Source: Macrostomum lignano
Taxonomy: Eukaryota
Assembly (NCBI GenBank): GCA_002269645.1
Contig: NIVC01000405.1
Coordinates: 114,720 to 178,719, forward strand
Reading direction: 5' to 3'
DNA: 64,000 nucleotides
Within the stretch, counting starts at the first letter, position 1. The number at the start of each line of letters is the position of its first letter. Below, one piece after another: positions 42,880 to 55,413 of the stretch. The translations under genes were made by a program, and so were the position numbers. Under the pieces are notes generated by a model, which saw nothing but the letters and a program-made list of their open reading frames with translations, had not been told where the DNA came from and did not search any database.

Positions 42880-43080
42880 GCAAGCAAGTTCAGACCCGCA
42901 ATCAGACCCGGACCCGGGAGAATAAAGACCCGGGCCGGTGCGGAGGGGGTGGCTCTATTTTGGCTAGGCCTAAGCTTAAAATTCGTTTGGTCCCTCCCCC
43001 ATGGATTTTCAGGTCTCCGCCTAAATTAAATTTAGTCGGCCCCCCCCCCTCTGGTTGCGTTAGGCCTACTGCACGGACAA
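42880..43080. promoter_or_regulatory. Candidate divergent promoter patch between the FBXW10-like (-) and ubinuclein (+) genes
   Basis: The only GC/CpG-rich island in about 4.5 kb of AT-rich DNA between head-to-head genes, with repeated GACCCG. Positional inference only. Confidence 0.3.
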
Positions 43081-44584
43081 GAGGCTTATTTCTTATTTTG
43101 ATTAGTTTTAAAAGTTGTTGCAAGTTCTGAAAGCTGTTGCTCATGAATGGAAGTGTCAATTAAAATAAGAACTGCAGAAAACAAAACTTATGAATATTGA
43201 CTAGCTAACAGGCCATGCATGCCCAACCTCAAAATTTCACCCATCCCCGCATCCAGTGTGACTTAGGCCTAGCTTAGTTTTGTCCAGATTTGCCACTTAG
43301 TTCCTCTCGATTGCAATTGCAACTTAGTTCCCCTGATAGCGACTTAATTTTCACTTTGTATATGACTTTTCTTGCCTTTTTCTCTTTTATTCCCTTTCTC
43401 TTTCTCTCTCTTTCCCTTTTCTATCTTCTTTCTTTTCCTTTTCTTTTCCTCTTCTTTTTTCTTCCCCCAATTTATTGTTTTTTGCATTTTCAATTTTGCA
43501 ACTCACCTTGTTTAGTGGCCATTTCACCTGTCCAGTTTGGATGGGTTGGATGGGTGTTGGGCATGTATGTAACAGGCTATAGCATGTGCAGTTGCTAGGA
43601 AAGAGCAATAAACAGTTTTGCATAGTTTTGGATTAAAATTTGACCTTCTTTGACTTTGGGATACCTATTACATCTTTTACATTAAGAGTACAGATTGTCT
43701 CTCTGTGATTGTGACTGCATTGGTGATGACTTTTTGAGTTGCAAATGCAAGCATTAGCATTCAAGATATAGGTATCCTTAACTATATAATAGTAGAATGA
43801 TTTTTATGGCTAAAGCCAAATTTTATATCCATTTTTATGTCTATATCTATATCTATAGCTAATAAACCTTTTGTAACTATTGTACAATGTTAAGACCTAG
43901 ACCTTGACAGATGCCTTAAAGATACAGCTGGATGCTATATATATAGCCATGTTGCATGCAGCATTTGGAATACATAGGCCTAGCAGTCTATATAGCAAGA
44001 CTAATGCCTTACTTCACATAAGGGTGTGCCTAATAGGCCTATGATTTTTTAACTTACTGTGCAGGCAACGACTTTGACTAGCTAGGCATATCATTTAGTT
44101 AGAGGCTTGCTACCCTAGGCTGCTACATTACACAAAGTGCTACTACTCAAGATGTTAAGACTGCATAAGCAAGGCCAAAGACGAATGTCTTTTTTTCTAT
44201 GTCTTTTTCCTTCTATTCTCTTCTTCCCCTCTGACTCTTATCTGCCCTCTTTTATCTTTTCCTCTCTCTTTCTTCCCCTTTCCCCCTTTCTTCTTCCTTT
44301 CTTCTTTCCTCTTCTTACTACTTTTTTTCTCTCTTTATTCATCTTTTCCCTTTCTTGTTTTCTTATAATATTTAAATCACTTAAGTAACAAAATCTCTAA
44401 TTCTTATTAAGATCTTCTACAAGGCCAATGGCCTACTCATCTGTTGGTTTCCAAGTAACCTTCTTTGCAATCTACCCTATTTGATAAATTTATACTTGCA
44501 GATGCTATATAGCTTTCATTTTGGCTTCATTAATCTTAACTTAAGCGTAGGCAAATGGTATCAAAAAGGTTGTTTGAGTCTCTG

Positions 44585-45180
44585 ACCCTAGGGACTTAAA
44601 AGCTCCCTTTGCATTTAAAGTGAAAACATCTTAACTTTAACCCTCCCCCCTATTCCAATCTCAATGTGCATATAGATTCAAACATTTCTATCTTTGTTGC
44701 TTGAGTCCCCAATTCTAATGACTTAAGAGCTCCTCTTACATTGAAAGTGAAAACATTCATATTAAATTTAGCCTCTAACATCCCAACCCCACCCTAGTCC
44801 ACAACTCTAGGGACTTAAGAGCTTCCTTTGAAAGTGAAAACATTTATCTTCTTAATATTAGCCCCACAATCCCAATGTGCATGTGGCATCAAAACTCTCA
44901 GTTGTTTAAGTCCCCAACCCCAGGGACTTAAAGGCTCCTCTGCATTGAAAGTAAAAACATTTATCTTAACATTAGCCTCCTACTACCCAACTACAATGTG
45001 TATATAGCAATGAAACTTTCTGTTGTTAAGTCCCCAACCCCAAATCTATGCAAGGACTTAAGAGCTTCCCTTTGAAAATGAAAACATTTATCTTAGCATT
45101 AGCTATCTACCACCCAACCACAACATAGGCAATCTATATTGATGTTTGAGTCCTATATTCTAGGGACTTATTAGTTCCTT
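44585..45180. repeat. Old degenerate approximately 110-130-bp tandem repeat, about 6 copies
   Basis: GGACTTAAGAGCT...GAAAGTGAAAACAT recurs near 44590, 44720, 44810, 44922, 45053 and 45162. Confidence 0.8.
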
Positions 45181-46858
45181 TCACTTTGACACTAGCAACA
45201 TTTTATTTATTTTTACTACTACAACGTACCCTAACCAAATCAAATCAATGGCTTCAATGGTCTTGCAATTCTTAGTTTAGCAGTATTACTAGATATGGGA
45301 ACAAGATATAGAAAATATGTTCCTATAACCATATCTATATCCATATGCTTTGCCAACAACCTCTTATATATAAGTCATCATAGCCATATCAGTGGCTATG
45401 GCAGAACTCTAATTAAAATACATATTGTTATATTGATATAACTTTTAAATTTATAACATAAGTTCTCTAAAAGGATTCCAAAGATTTTGATAATAAATCA
45501 TTTTAGAAAATGTTTTTTGGGCTTTGCTTTGGGAAAGCCATATTAACAATAAATTATTTAATTTACATAGACCCTACAACTAATCAATGTTTAAATTAAA
45601 GCAAAATGTATACTGAATTTAATTATTTTTGAAATATATACACTATTATTAACTTATGAGTAAATATTTGCCAAATTGGCCAAAACTATTACTAGATTAT
45701 TTATTACTAATATAGCTATCATCAAAATAACATTTGCCAAAATATCTTGTATCTAAAATGGATAGGTCTTTTATCTAATTAATAAGTGATTAAACTATTT
45801 ATTTAGACTTGCTACTATATTTTTCTAGGCAATAATTGGATACAAATTTTAATCAAAAGCATATTAAAATTTGACATATGAGCCATGTACCATTAGGAAT
45901 AGTATATTATATTCATATGGCCTACTGTTAGAAACTTTGCTATATTTTCTAGCTTTGCTATTAAGTGTTTTTAACCTTTATCATCTTAGGATAGATGATC
46001 ATTATAGTGATTTTGTATCCCTATCAATCAAAATTAATAAAATCTTTAAGAAGATTCCAATCCTGTTATAGTAAATATAGGATTTTGCTAATAGCATTTG
46101 ACATTCTCATGAAAAAATTGTTGTGTAGCTATAGAAAAAGGGTTTCCATAATATAACATGCTATACCATGTATCCAATTTTAGATGTATCCAATATACCA
46201 ATGATATTGTGAGTCTCATATAGTTCAGGCTAATGGTTTTTGTTTCTTTTTTCTTTCTAAGAGCTCCACTGCTCCTATTCTTATAAGCAATCCTGCCAAG
46301 CCATATTCAGCCCTGTTTACTAATAGTCCCTGAGACAAACTACTAATATTAGTTCAAAAGCTAAACTGTTTCATCCTTATTCACAACCAATCCTAAATAA
46401 TTGACTTTAGTAGATAACTACAGTACATTTACTTTGGCAGATGCTTTAATGTTCTTATAGACAGATGGAATTAATAGAACTAATATGTATAGTCCAAGGG
46501 CATGGGGAGGGGGTATTTATCCCTTGAAAGAGCCAAAAAGTTTTTTTGAAGTCTTTTTCTAGTATATCTTTCCCTCCCTAGAGGCAGCTTTCCCCTCCAT
46601 CCAAAGAAAATTTCTGGCTATGTGCCTGGTATAGTCAACACAACAGCTTGAAATACCCACCCTACCACACTAATATACTTGTATATAGTTTTGTTTTTAT
46701 ATCTTAAGCATGCACATACAATCTGTAAGCAATATGGGTGTTGTCAAAAGAAATTTGCGTAAATTTAATTTGCGTTATTCCTAATTTACAGTTCCTTATT
46801 GACTAAGCATATCCAGTGTATTGTCATTGGCTGGTTGACCAGTTATTAATAATAATAA

Positions 46859-49800
46859 ATGGCTGCTCGACCGAGGCGCGTGGACTTTGAGACCCTGGCT
46901 TCCACAACTGGAGCATCCGCGTTGTCCTCGCAGCAGCAGCAGCAGCAACAGCAGAAATGTCAGCCGGCTTCTTCCAAAAGCAAATTTCCCAAGTCCAGCG
47001 ACAGTAAATCAGATTTTGCCTATCGAGTCGAAATCAAACTGTTTCCCGATGGCGAGCTCAACGATGATGAGCACAGACGGTACGAATATTCATTCCTAGA
47101 TCTTATCGGCAAGGCTGCTTCAACTAAACCCAGTCAGCCGGCGGAACCTTTGCCGCTGCACAACGGCGGTGGCAGCAGCAATGGTAATAACAATGGCTCA
47201 GCTGATCCATTCGCTGCTGTCGATAGCGCAGAGGATGACAGACTTCGGTCAATTGCTCAGAGTCTCGAGGCTAGGTAAGAAATCCAAAAGAGTAACACTA
47301 GGCAAGAAACATAAAATAGTCTTATTACTTTTCATCATTAATCACTGTATTAAATTTCCTCCGATTGTCCAGATACGGTCCCCAGGTGTACGTCAGCAAA
47401 GGCGGTCGCAGGCAGCGAAGAATCTGCGTCCAAGACTACATGGACCCGGGTGAGGGCTACGACTCTGAGGATTCTTTCATTGACGATGGCGACGCTCGAG
47501 AACTGATGGTGCTGCCGAATCAGAAGCCCAAGCTCGGCGGCTTCTATATTAATCAGGGCGACTTGGAGGTGCGAATGCTAGGGGCTGATTGCTAGCGAAT
47601 GGGGTGTGGGATTGAGAATCTAGGGTGTGGGATTGAGAATCTGGGGTGTGGGATTGAGAATCTGGGGTGTGGGATTGAGAATCTGGGGTGTGGGATTGAG
47701 AATCTGAAAGGTGTGGGATTAAGAATCTACAAGTAAGGTGTGGAATTGAGAATCTAAGAGGTATGAGATTGAGAATCTGGGGTGTGGGATTGAGAATCTG
47801 GTGTGTGGGATTGAGAATCTGGGGTGTGGATTGAGAATCTAGGGTGTGGATTGAGAATCTGGGGTATGGGATTGAGAATCTGGGATGTGGGATTGAGAAT
47901 CTGGAGTGTGGGATTAAGAATCTGGGGCGTGGGATTGAGAATCTACAAGTAGGGTGTGGAATTGAGAATCTAAGAGGTATGAGATTGAGAATCTGGAATG
48001 TGGGATTGAGAATCTGGGGTGTGGGATTGAGAATCTGGGGTGTGGGATTGAGAATCTGGGGTGTGGGATTGAGAATCTGGGGTGTGGGATTGAGAATCTG
48101 GGGTGTGGGATTGAGAATCTAAGAGGTATGAGATTGAGAATCTGGAATGTGGGATTGAGAATCTGGAATGTGGGATTGAGAATCTGGGGTGTGGGATTGA
48201 GAATCTGGGGTGTGGGATTGAGAATCTGGAATGTGGGATTGAGAATCTGGGGTGTGGGATTGAGAATCTGGGGTGTGGGATTGAGAATCTGGAGTGTGGG
48301 ATTGAGAATCTGGGGTGTGGGATTGAGAATCTGGGGTGTGGGATTGAGAATCTGGAGTGTGGGATTGAGAATATAAATGGTGTGGGATTGAGAATCTGGG
48401 GTGTGGGATTGAGAATCTGGAGTGTGGGATTGAGAATATAAATGGTGTGAGATTGAGAATCGGGTGTGGGATTAAAGAGCAGCCTATTTCAATCGCAGGT
48501 CACTACAGACAACGCGTCAGACATTGTTATTGAAGGACCCGCTAGTGCTGACGGCAGCACGCCATCCGGCGCCGCCCGTCCCGCGGCCGCCGATGCCGAT
48601 GCCGCTTCAAAGAAACGCCGACGAGATTCTTCTGCTTCTTCCTCATCATCTTCTTCCTCGTCTGCTTCCTCGTCCTCGTCAGCGGACAGCTCAGCGGGTG
48701 TTGCTAAGAAGCGTCGCAAGCATCAGCAGCAGCTCCTTCCGGATCGACCCTCGCTGTTTGGCGGCGGCGCCAACAAGTCCAAGTCGAAGATGTCGCCCGG
48801 CCGAAGGGACTTAGTGTCCAAAGCAGTTAAAACTTTGACTAAAGCGCATAGGCGACAGAAAACTACTACAGCTGCGGCTAACGCAACGGCTGCTGTTGAC
48901 CTTCAGATGACAGGTTCTGTCACTCCGTTGAAACCTCCAGCTACTGTTCAGCAACAGGCGGCGGCCTCGCAGAATCCTGCTCAACCAATTCGATCTATCG
49001 ATCACATCATCGACAGGGTTCTGGCAGACTCTCCGTCTCCAGCTAAGCCAGCCGCCAACGTCAATCCGTTGAAGCCGTCTCTCGACTCTATATTTGATTC
49101 CGTAGTGTTGGGCAATGAAAAAGTTCCAGCTCAGCAGCAGCAGCAGCAGTCCAAACTGCCTAACCAGGCTAAACCCGATGAGGCGGTGCCCAATCTGCCG
49201 CCAAATCTGCCGCCACCAATTCTGCAGATTGTCGATCGGATTAAGGAGGCTAAGAGGAAATCCTCGTCTGCTGCTTCGGCCAATGCTGGCGGTGGAAAAT
49301 TGTCGCAATTGTTTGCTAGCAATGACCTCGCTTCTGATTGGCTGGCCTTGGACGACTTTCTTCGGTTAGGCTTTGATCCGTTATGATTGATTGAACGTTA
49401 TGGTCATGACTCCAAAAGTGTCAGCTACACTCTAACCTGTCAGGCTGTCAGCTACCTCTTAAGTGTCAGCTACCCTCCAAAAGTGTCAGCTACACTCTAA
49501 AAGTGTCAGCTACACTTCAAAAGTGTCAGCTACACTCCAAAAGTGTCAGCTCCCTCCAAAAGTGTCAGCTACACTCCAAAAGTTTCAGCTACCTTCCAAA
49601 AGTGTCGGCTATACTCTAAAGTGTCAGCTATACTCTAAAGTGTCAGCTACCCTCCAAAAGTGTCAGCTACTCTCCATAAGTGTCAGCTACTCTCCAGAAG
49701 TGTCAGCTACACCAAAAGTGTCAGCTACACTCCAAAAGTATCAGCTACACTCCAGAAGTGTCAGCTACACCCCAAAAGTGTCAGCTACCCTCCAAAAGTG

Positions 49801-52800
49801 TCAGCTACACTCCAGAAGTGTCAGCTACACCCCAAAAGTGTCAGCTACACTCCTAAAGTGTCAGCTACCCTCCAAAAGTGTCAGCTACACCTCAAAAGTG
49901 TCAGATTAAAAAAAGTTTCAGCTACCCTTCAAAGGTGTCAGCTACTTAAGCATTGACTACTATTTAAACGCTCCCGCCCGTCAGGTCTGGTCTGCCCTCG
50001 GCCCAATGCAACGCAGTCTACAGCCACCTGGCCGGTCACCTGGGCCTGGCCACAAAGGTTAGCCTGCGCCGTAAAATATTAAAACTGCGCGAGAATCGCA
50101 GCGAGTCCCAGTTGCAAGTGCTGCTAACCCGACTGCGCGAATTAGTGCAATCGGCTATGCCTGAACAGCTGGCCAGGCACGCTAAGGAGACTCGGCTCTA
50201 CAGGGAGCGAATAGACGCTTGGCGACAGCAGAACGACGCGGCCGCGGCTGCCGCGACGGCTGAGGGCAGGCCGCCGCCTTCGCCGTCGGTTGCCGGCAAG
50301 CCGCCGGGCCCGCAACCGCGTCGAAACTTCGTCTGGTGCCAGAAGTCCACGGAGCTGTTGAACCGGGCGGCCAGGATTAAACTGGAAGCTTTGGCCAGCC
50401 AGCGGATCAAAGAGAGCGAGCGGGAGGATGCGATTAAAGAGTTTGCTGAGAAGCAATTGGTGCCGCTGTGGCCAGCTGATTGGATGAGCTGCATGTGAGT
50501 TTTGTTTTGCTTGGAGAACGTTGTGTAAGCAGCTTTTGGGATTTTGGGATCTCGACTTTAGAGCTTTTTGGAATTAGAATTTGGGGATTTTGGGATCTTG
50601 AATTTTAGGTATTTCGGGATCTCACTTTAGGAATTTTTGGATGCCGAATTCAGGGATTTTGGGATCTCGATTTCAGGGATTTTGGGATCTCGATTTCAGA
50701 GATTTTTGGATCCCAAATTTAGGAATTTTGGGATTTCGAGTTCAAGCTTGAGGACTTTATGATTTAGGATCCTTAAGGACTTTAGGATCTCAATTTTAGG
50801 GATTTCGTGATCTAGAATTTCAGGGATTTCGTGATCTAGAATTTCAGGGATTTCGGGATCTCGATTTCAGAGATTTTTGGATCCCAAATTTAGGAATTTT
50901 GGGATTTCGAGTTCAAGCTTGAGGACTTTATGATTTAGGATCCTTAAGGACTTTAGGATCTCAATTTTAGGGATTTCGTGATCTAGAATTTCAGGGATTT
51001 CGGGATCTCAAATTTCAGGGATTTCGGGATCTCCACCTAAGGCATTTTGGAATCTCGACTTCAGTAATTTTTTATCCCGAATTTAGAGATTTGGGATCTC
51101 GACTTAAATAATTTTTTATCGCGAATTTAGGGATTTTGGGATCTCGACTTTAGGGATTTTTTATCCCGAATTTAGGGATTTTCGTATCTCGATTTAAGAG
51201 ATTTTTCGATCCTGAGTTCAGGGATTTTGGGATCTCGATTTCAGGGATTTTGAAATCTCGATTTCAGGGATTTCGGGATCTCGAAATTCTAGGGACTAGG
51301 ATCTCTACCTAAGGCATTTTGGGATCTCGATTTTATGGATTCAGAGAATCATAGTTTTAGTCTATCCCATAATCCTAATTTTAGCCGGAATTTTTATCGC
51401 AAATTTTAGGAAAGACAATTTAGAAATCTCTTTCAGAATGTAAGCTTTATCAAGCTTTGCTATGGAGTTGATCATACTGACTGGCTGCTTGTTTACAGGA
51501 AGTTGATGAGCATAATCAGGCCGATGCTGAAATCCAAGCCAAGCCAAGCCAAGCGCGAGCAGTCTCAGCAGCAGCGACAGCAGCAGCAGCAGCAGGCCTC
51601 TGCTACCGGTGCCTGCAAGGCCGAGCCAAGAGACAAGTCCAACTTCAAGTGAGAGTAGCGGCCGCTAAAGTTGTATTTTTCCTGTTTAGTTAGCAGGAGG
51701 TGCTAGAAGATTTTCTGTATTCAGCCAGCGACTGCAATTTATAGCTGATTGTTAAATCCTGTTTGTATACACATGTACTTTGTTTTAATTCCTAACATTT
51801 TCTCCTAACAGAGCAGAGCACAAGATTGAGACAAGATGCCAACAAAAACTAACGTACTAATAGCAGTACTGTTTCCGCATAAAATATTTGAAGTTTTAGT
51901 TCAGATTTTTATAGTAACACAACTATGCTAATGTTAATACATGGGCTTTACAGCTCTCAGCAACAGTCGCAGCATCTGCTGCCCGTCTCCAAACTTCAAC
52001 AACGGCTGCAACAAGACAAGCCTCAGCAAGCACTGCAGCACCAAGTCACCACGCAGCAACCAACACCACAGGTCGCAAGGCCTCGGGAACCGACACCACC
52101 ACAAGTCTCAAGTCTTCAACAACCAACACCCCACAAGTCTCAAGTCTTCAGCAACCAACACCACCACAAATCTCAAGGCCTCAGCAACCGACACCACCAC
52201 AAATCTCAAGGCCTCAGCAACCGACACCATCACAGGTCTCAAGGCCTCAGCAACCGACGCCATCACAGGTCTCAAGACCTCAGCAACCGACACCATCACA
52301 GGTCTCAAGACCTCAGCAACCGACACCACCACAGGTCTCAAGGTCTCAGCAACCGATACTATCACAGGTCTCAAGGCCTCAGCAACCAACACCATCACAG
52401 GTCTCAAGGCCTCAGCAACCAACACCATCACAGGTTTCAAGATCGCAGCAACCGACACCATCACAGGTCTCAAGGCCTCAGCAACCGACACCATCACAGG
52501 TCTCAAGGCCTCAGCAACCGACACCATCACAGGTCTCAAGGCCTCAGCAACCGACACCATCACAGGTTTCAAGATCGCAGCAACCGACACCATCACAGGT
52601 CTCAAGACCTCAGCAACCTCAGCAACCGACACCGCCACGGGTCTCAAGTCTTCAACAACCAGCATCACCACAGGTCTCAAGGCCTCAGCAACCGGCACCA
52701 CCACAGGTCTCAAGGCCTGAGCAACCGCCGTCCAAACGTGTTTATGATCCTGTGCATTCGCCATCTCAAGAAATCTTCAAGTCTCAACAAATTCCACAGC

Positions 52801-53686
52801 GGCTCAGTAATGCATATCAGCCAATGCAGCAAGTCGCTAACCTTCAGCCATCAGCACCGCTAAGTTTCCCATCTCAACTGCAGACAACGCAGATGCATAA
52901 GCCTTCAAATCAATTGGCTCAGACATCGAAATCGCAGCAACAATCCAAGGCTAACTTAGCTAAGCAACAGTCGCAACAGTCGCTGTTTGATGCCTTTAAG
53001 TCAGTGCAGCAAGCTTCAAGTATCTATCAAAGTACGCAACAGTCGCAGCAGAAGCAACAGAAACAAGATTTATCGTCATTTTCCACTCTTAATCAGTCTC
53101 AGCAAAAGCAGCAGCAGCAGACTCTGAGCCACTCGATTACTCAGCAGCACCAACAGCAAAAGCTGCAGCCATTAATTCCTTCGCCGCCTCCAATGCCTCA
53201 GCAACAAGCTATGCCTCAACGGCAGCGTCAACAAAGGTTAGAGAAGCAGACACAGCCGACAGTGCCAAGCAGTAGTAGCAGTCTGGATGTTCACTTGTCA
53301 CCATCGGCTGCATTGGCCGCAGCTGCAGCCGCAGCAGCTTGGCCTCATCAGCAAAATCAGCAACAGCATTCAGTATACTCTACTGGTGCTGTTAGCTCTG
53401 CATCTGCGCCTTTAGCTGCCTATAGCAATAGTCAAATCAATCTCAATCAGGTACAGCTGCATCAGCAACAGCAGCATCATCTTTTACTTCAGCGTCAGCA
53501 ACAGCAAATTATGGCCGCTCAACACAACAACAACAACAGCAGCAAGCAGCAACAACAACAACAGCAACAACACAGCAACAACAACAACAGCAGCAGCAGG
53601 GTCGCTCGCTTCCACAGTTCAGCCATAGTTTTGGTCAGTTTGCCAGTAATTGGCCGTCGTTTGGGCAGCCGCCATATTATCAATGA
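46859..53686 (+). CDS. UBN: Ubinuclein (UBN1/UBN2/yemanuclein family, HIRA histone H3.3 chaperone complex), about 1290 aa after correcting indels; exons 46859..47274, 47373..47568, 48499..49364, 49985..50494, 51499..51648, 51954..53686
   Basis: Hpc2-related domain DYMDPGEGYDSEDSFIDDGDA...GGFYINQGDLE. Middle domain VYSHLAGHL...PRRNFVWCQKSTELL...IKLE...LVPLWPADWM. Splice phases are consistent. The last exon needs a +1 fix at 52130 and a net +1 fix in the CAA/CAG tract near 53520-53575. Confidence 0.9.
47601..48472. repeat. 21-bp minisatellite (CTGGGGTGTGGGATTGAGAAT) filling ubinuclein intron 2
   Basis: Period 21 (47641, 47662). Confidence 0.97.
49411..49947. repeat. 20-bp minisatellite (CCAAAAGTGTCAGCTACACT) filling ubinuclein intron 3
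   Basis: Read directly. Confidence 0.96.
50535..51345. repeat. Approximately 22-23-bp degenerate minisatellite (GGGATTTTGGGATCTCGATTTCA) in ubinuclein intron 4
   Basis: Read directly; contains a 171-bp-period duplication. Confidence 0.93.
52060..52725 (+). repeat. Coding 33-bp minisatellite (QPTPSQVSRPQ, about 20 copies) in the ubinuclein last exon
   Basis: CAACCGACACCATCACAGGTCTCAAGGCCTCAG units read in frame once the 52130 deletion is corrected. Confidence 0.9.
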
Positions 53687-55206
53687 TTGATGAATTCAAT
53701 TGAACATTGAAAACTTTTGCCTCTTCAACAAATGGCAGTCAATATTTAGCCAGAGTTGTGAAAAAGATAGCTTTATGACACAACATTTATTAACTTTTAA
53801 CGTGTAACTAGTAGGAATATAAAGTCGGTTTTTCCAAGAAGCCTAGAGCTTATTCTTGTAACCAAACAGGGGTAAGTTCCTTTCTCTTTGATGGTCGCCT
53901 GAAATAGTTCTCCAAGAATTAAGCATCAACTCCAATGGATTTCTTATTGATCGCCAGCCTGACTGACCTTCAGAAATATCCTTCGCGATTAAAATAACTT
54001 TTAAAAAGATTTCTCTTATGTGGGCTGCGTCAATTCAGTTCGAACGTATTTCAGTTTAGACATCAGAAACATGTGGCTCTTAAATTATTGAGTAGATAAC
54101 AAACTTAGTCACTAGCTAGAGACAATATTTTAAGTCAGTAGTATAAAACGGTTTCAATGGAAAAAGACTCAGTATTCCTTTGATGTTTGCTCGTTGTTTT
54201 AAAAATCCTGTATTTTTTAAATTTCCGCTTAGAAATGTTGATCAATATTTAGACAAATTAGAATTCGCCTTTAGTATAATATATATAAGTATAAGTTAAA
54301 ATCTAAAAATGTTGTCTGTCGTTAAAATGCTAGAACGTGTTCCAAGATCTCAAAACGGCCGATATAAAAAGGATTCACTCGTTCCAGCACTGTTGTCTGC
54401 GCTTGCATGAACAATTATGCATATATATACAATCTCATGGTGTAAAAACTCAATTGGTTTAACAGTTTAGCTGCATTTTTATTGTTTGTTGTCAACAATA
54501 ATAAGCAGCTTTATTCTTTAAAAGCTTCGCACTAAACCAATATACACTAATCAAAGTAATCTGTGACGCTTTATTCGCTATGCAGTCAATTTCTGCACTT
54601 AGTGCAGCCAAATTATGTGCAGTTATTAATTAAGTTATATTACTGTGCTGATCACTTTATGTACTCTTATGAGAGACGCGGTTGTAACTCATCGACTCCC
54701 TCATGCTGTAAATCAATTTTTTAGATATTGAGGATCAAAAAATAGTTACTAAGCATAAAAATAGTGTCATTGGATTCCACACCGTACCTCATGACAACAT
54801 ACGGAAATTTACCCTCGGAATACACTGTAGTACGAGAGGAAGTAGATAATAAATTATAATTAAAGAACCTGATCGTTTGCATTAACACATAACAACCTAC
54901 TAACAAAATATTAACTGTCTACTCTGTCAGTAGGATGCACTGTGGCTAAACTGCATGTCTAAACAACTATCTAACGCAAAATCTTGCTCAGTTGAACTGC
55001 TCTGTATTATGTATAGCATTATGAAATAGTTTTATATATTTATCTATGCTGCATCGAGTTTTAACTTCAAACAATATTCTGAACTATGCATGTGTGGCAT
55101 AAAACTTTTTGTGCAATTTTCGGTCAGGTATTTGCTTCCTTAAAAATCAATGTAATGTTTATCTGTGTACATTTCTTGGAATCAGCGTTACGTAATATTT
55201 GTAATA

Positions 55207-55413
55207 CACCTTTTCACGTTCAATTTTGATCAAAGTCCAGTTCTAAAAAACTAGCGGAAATTCAATTTAGACTTGGGCCCAGTCTAACCCCAGCTCAAAA
55301 CATTCTAACCGAAGTAAGGTTTAGCCATAGACAAAATTATCCTCAGTCTGAATTGAATTTCCGCTAGTTTTTTTTAGAACTGGACTTTGATCAGAATTGA
55401 ACGTGAAAAGATG
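55207..55413. mobile_element. MITE-like foldback element, 207 bp, with approximately 67-bp TIRs and TA flanks
   Basis: CACCTTTTCACGTTCAATTTTGATCAAAGTCCAGTTCTAAAAAACTAGCGGAAATTCAATTTAGACT (55207-55273) is the near-perfect reverse complement of 55345-55413. TA lies at 55205-06 and 55414-15. Confidence 0.85.

Noticed and set aside
50701-51010. Alpha-satellite or centromere (171-bp period)
   Set aside because: Only two copies, no sequence similarity that I recognise, and intronic; the length match is treated as coincidence.
51941-52720. Thr-rich adhesin or antifreeze-like ORF (ATDTITGLKAS)n and His-rich ORF 51925..52863
   Set aside because: These are alternative frames of the ubinuclein 33-bp coding repeat; only the QPTPSQVSRPQ frame connects to the flanking exon sequence.
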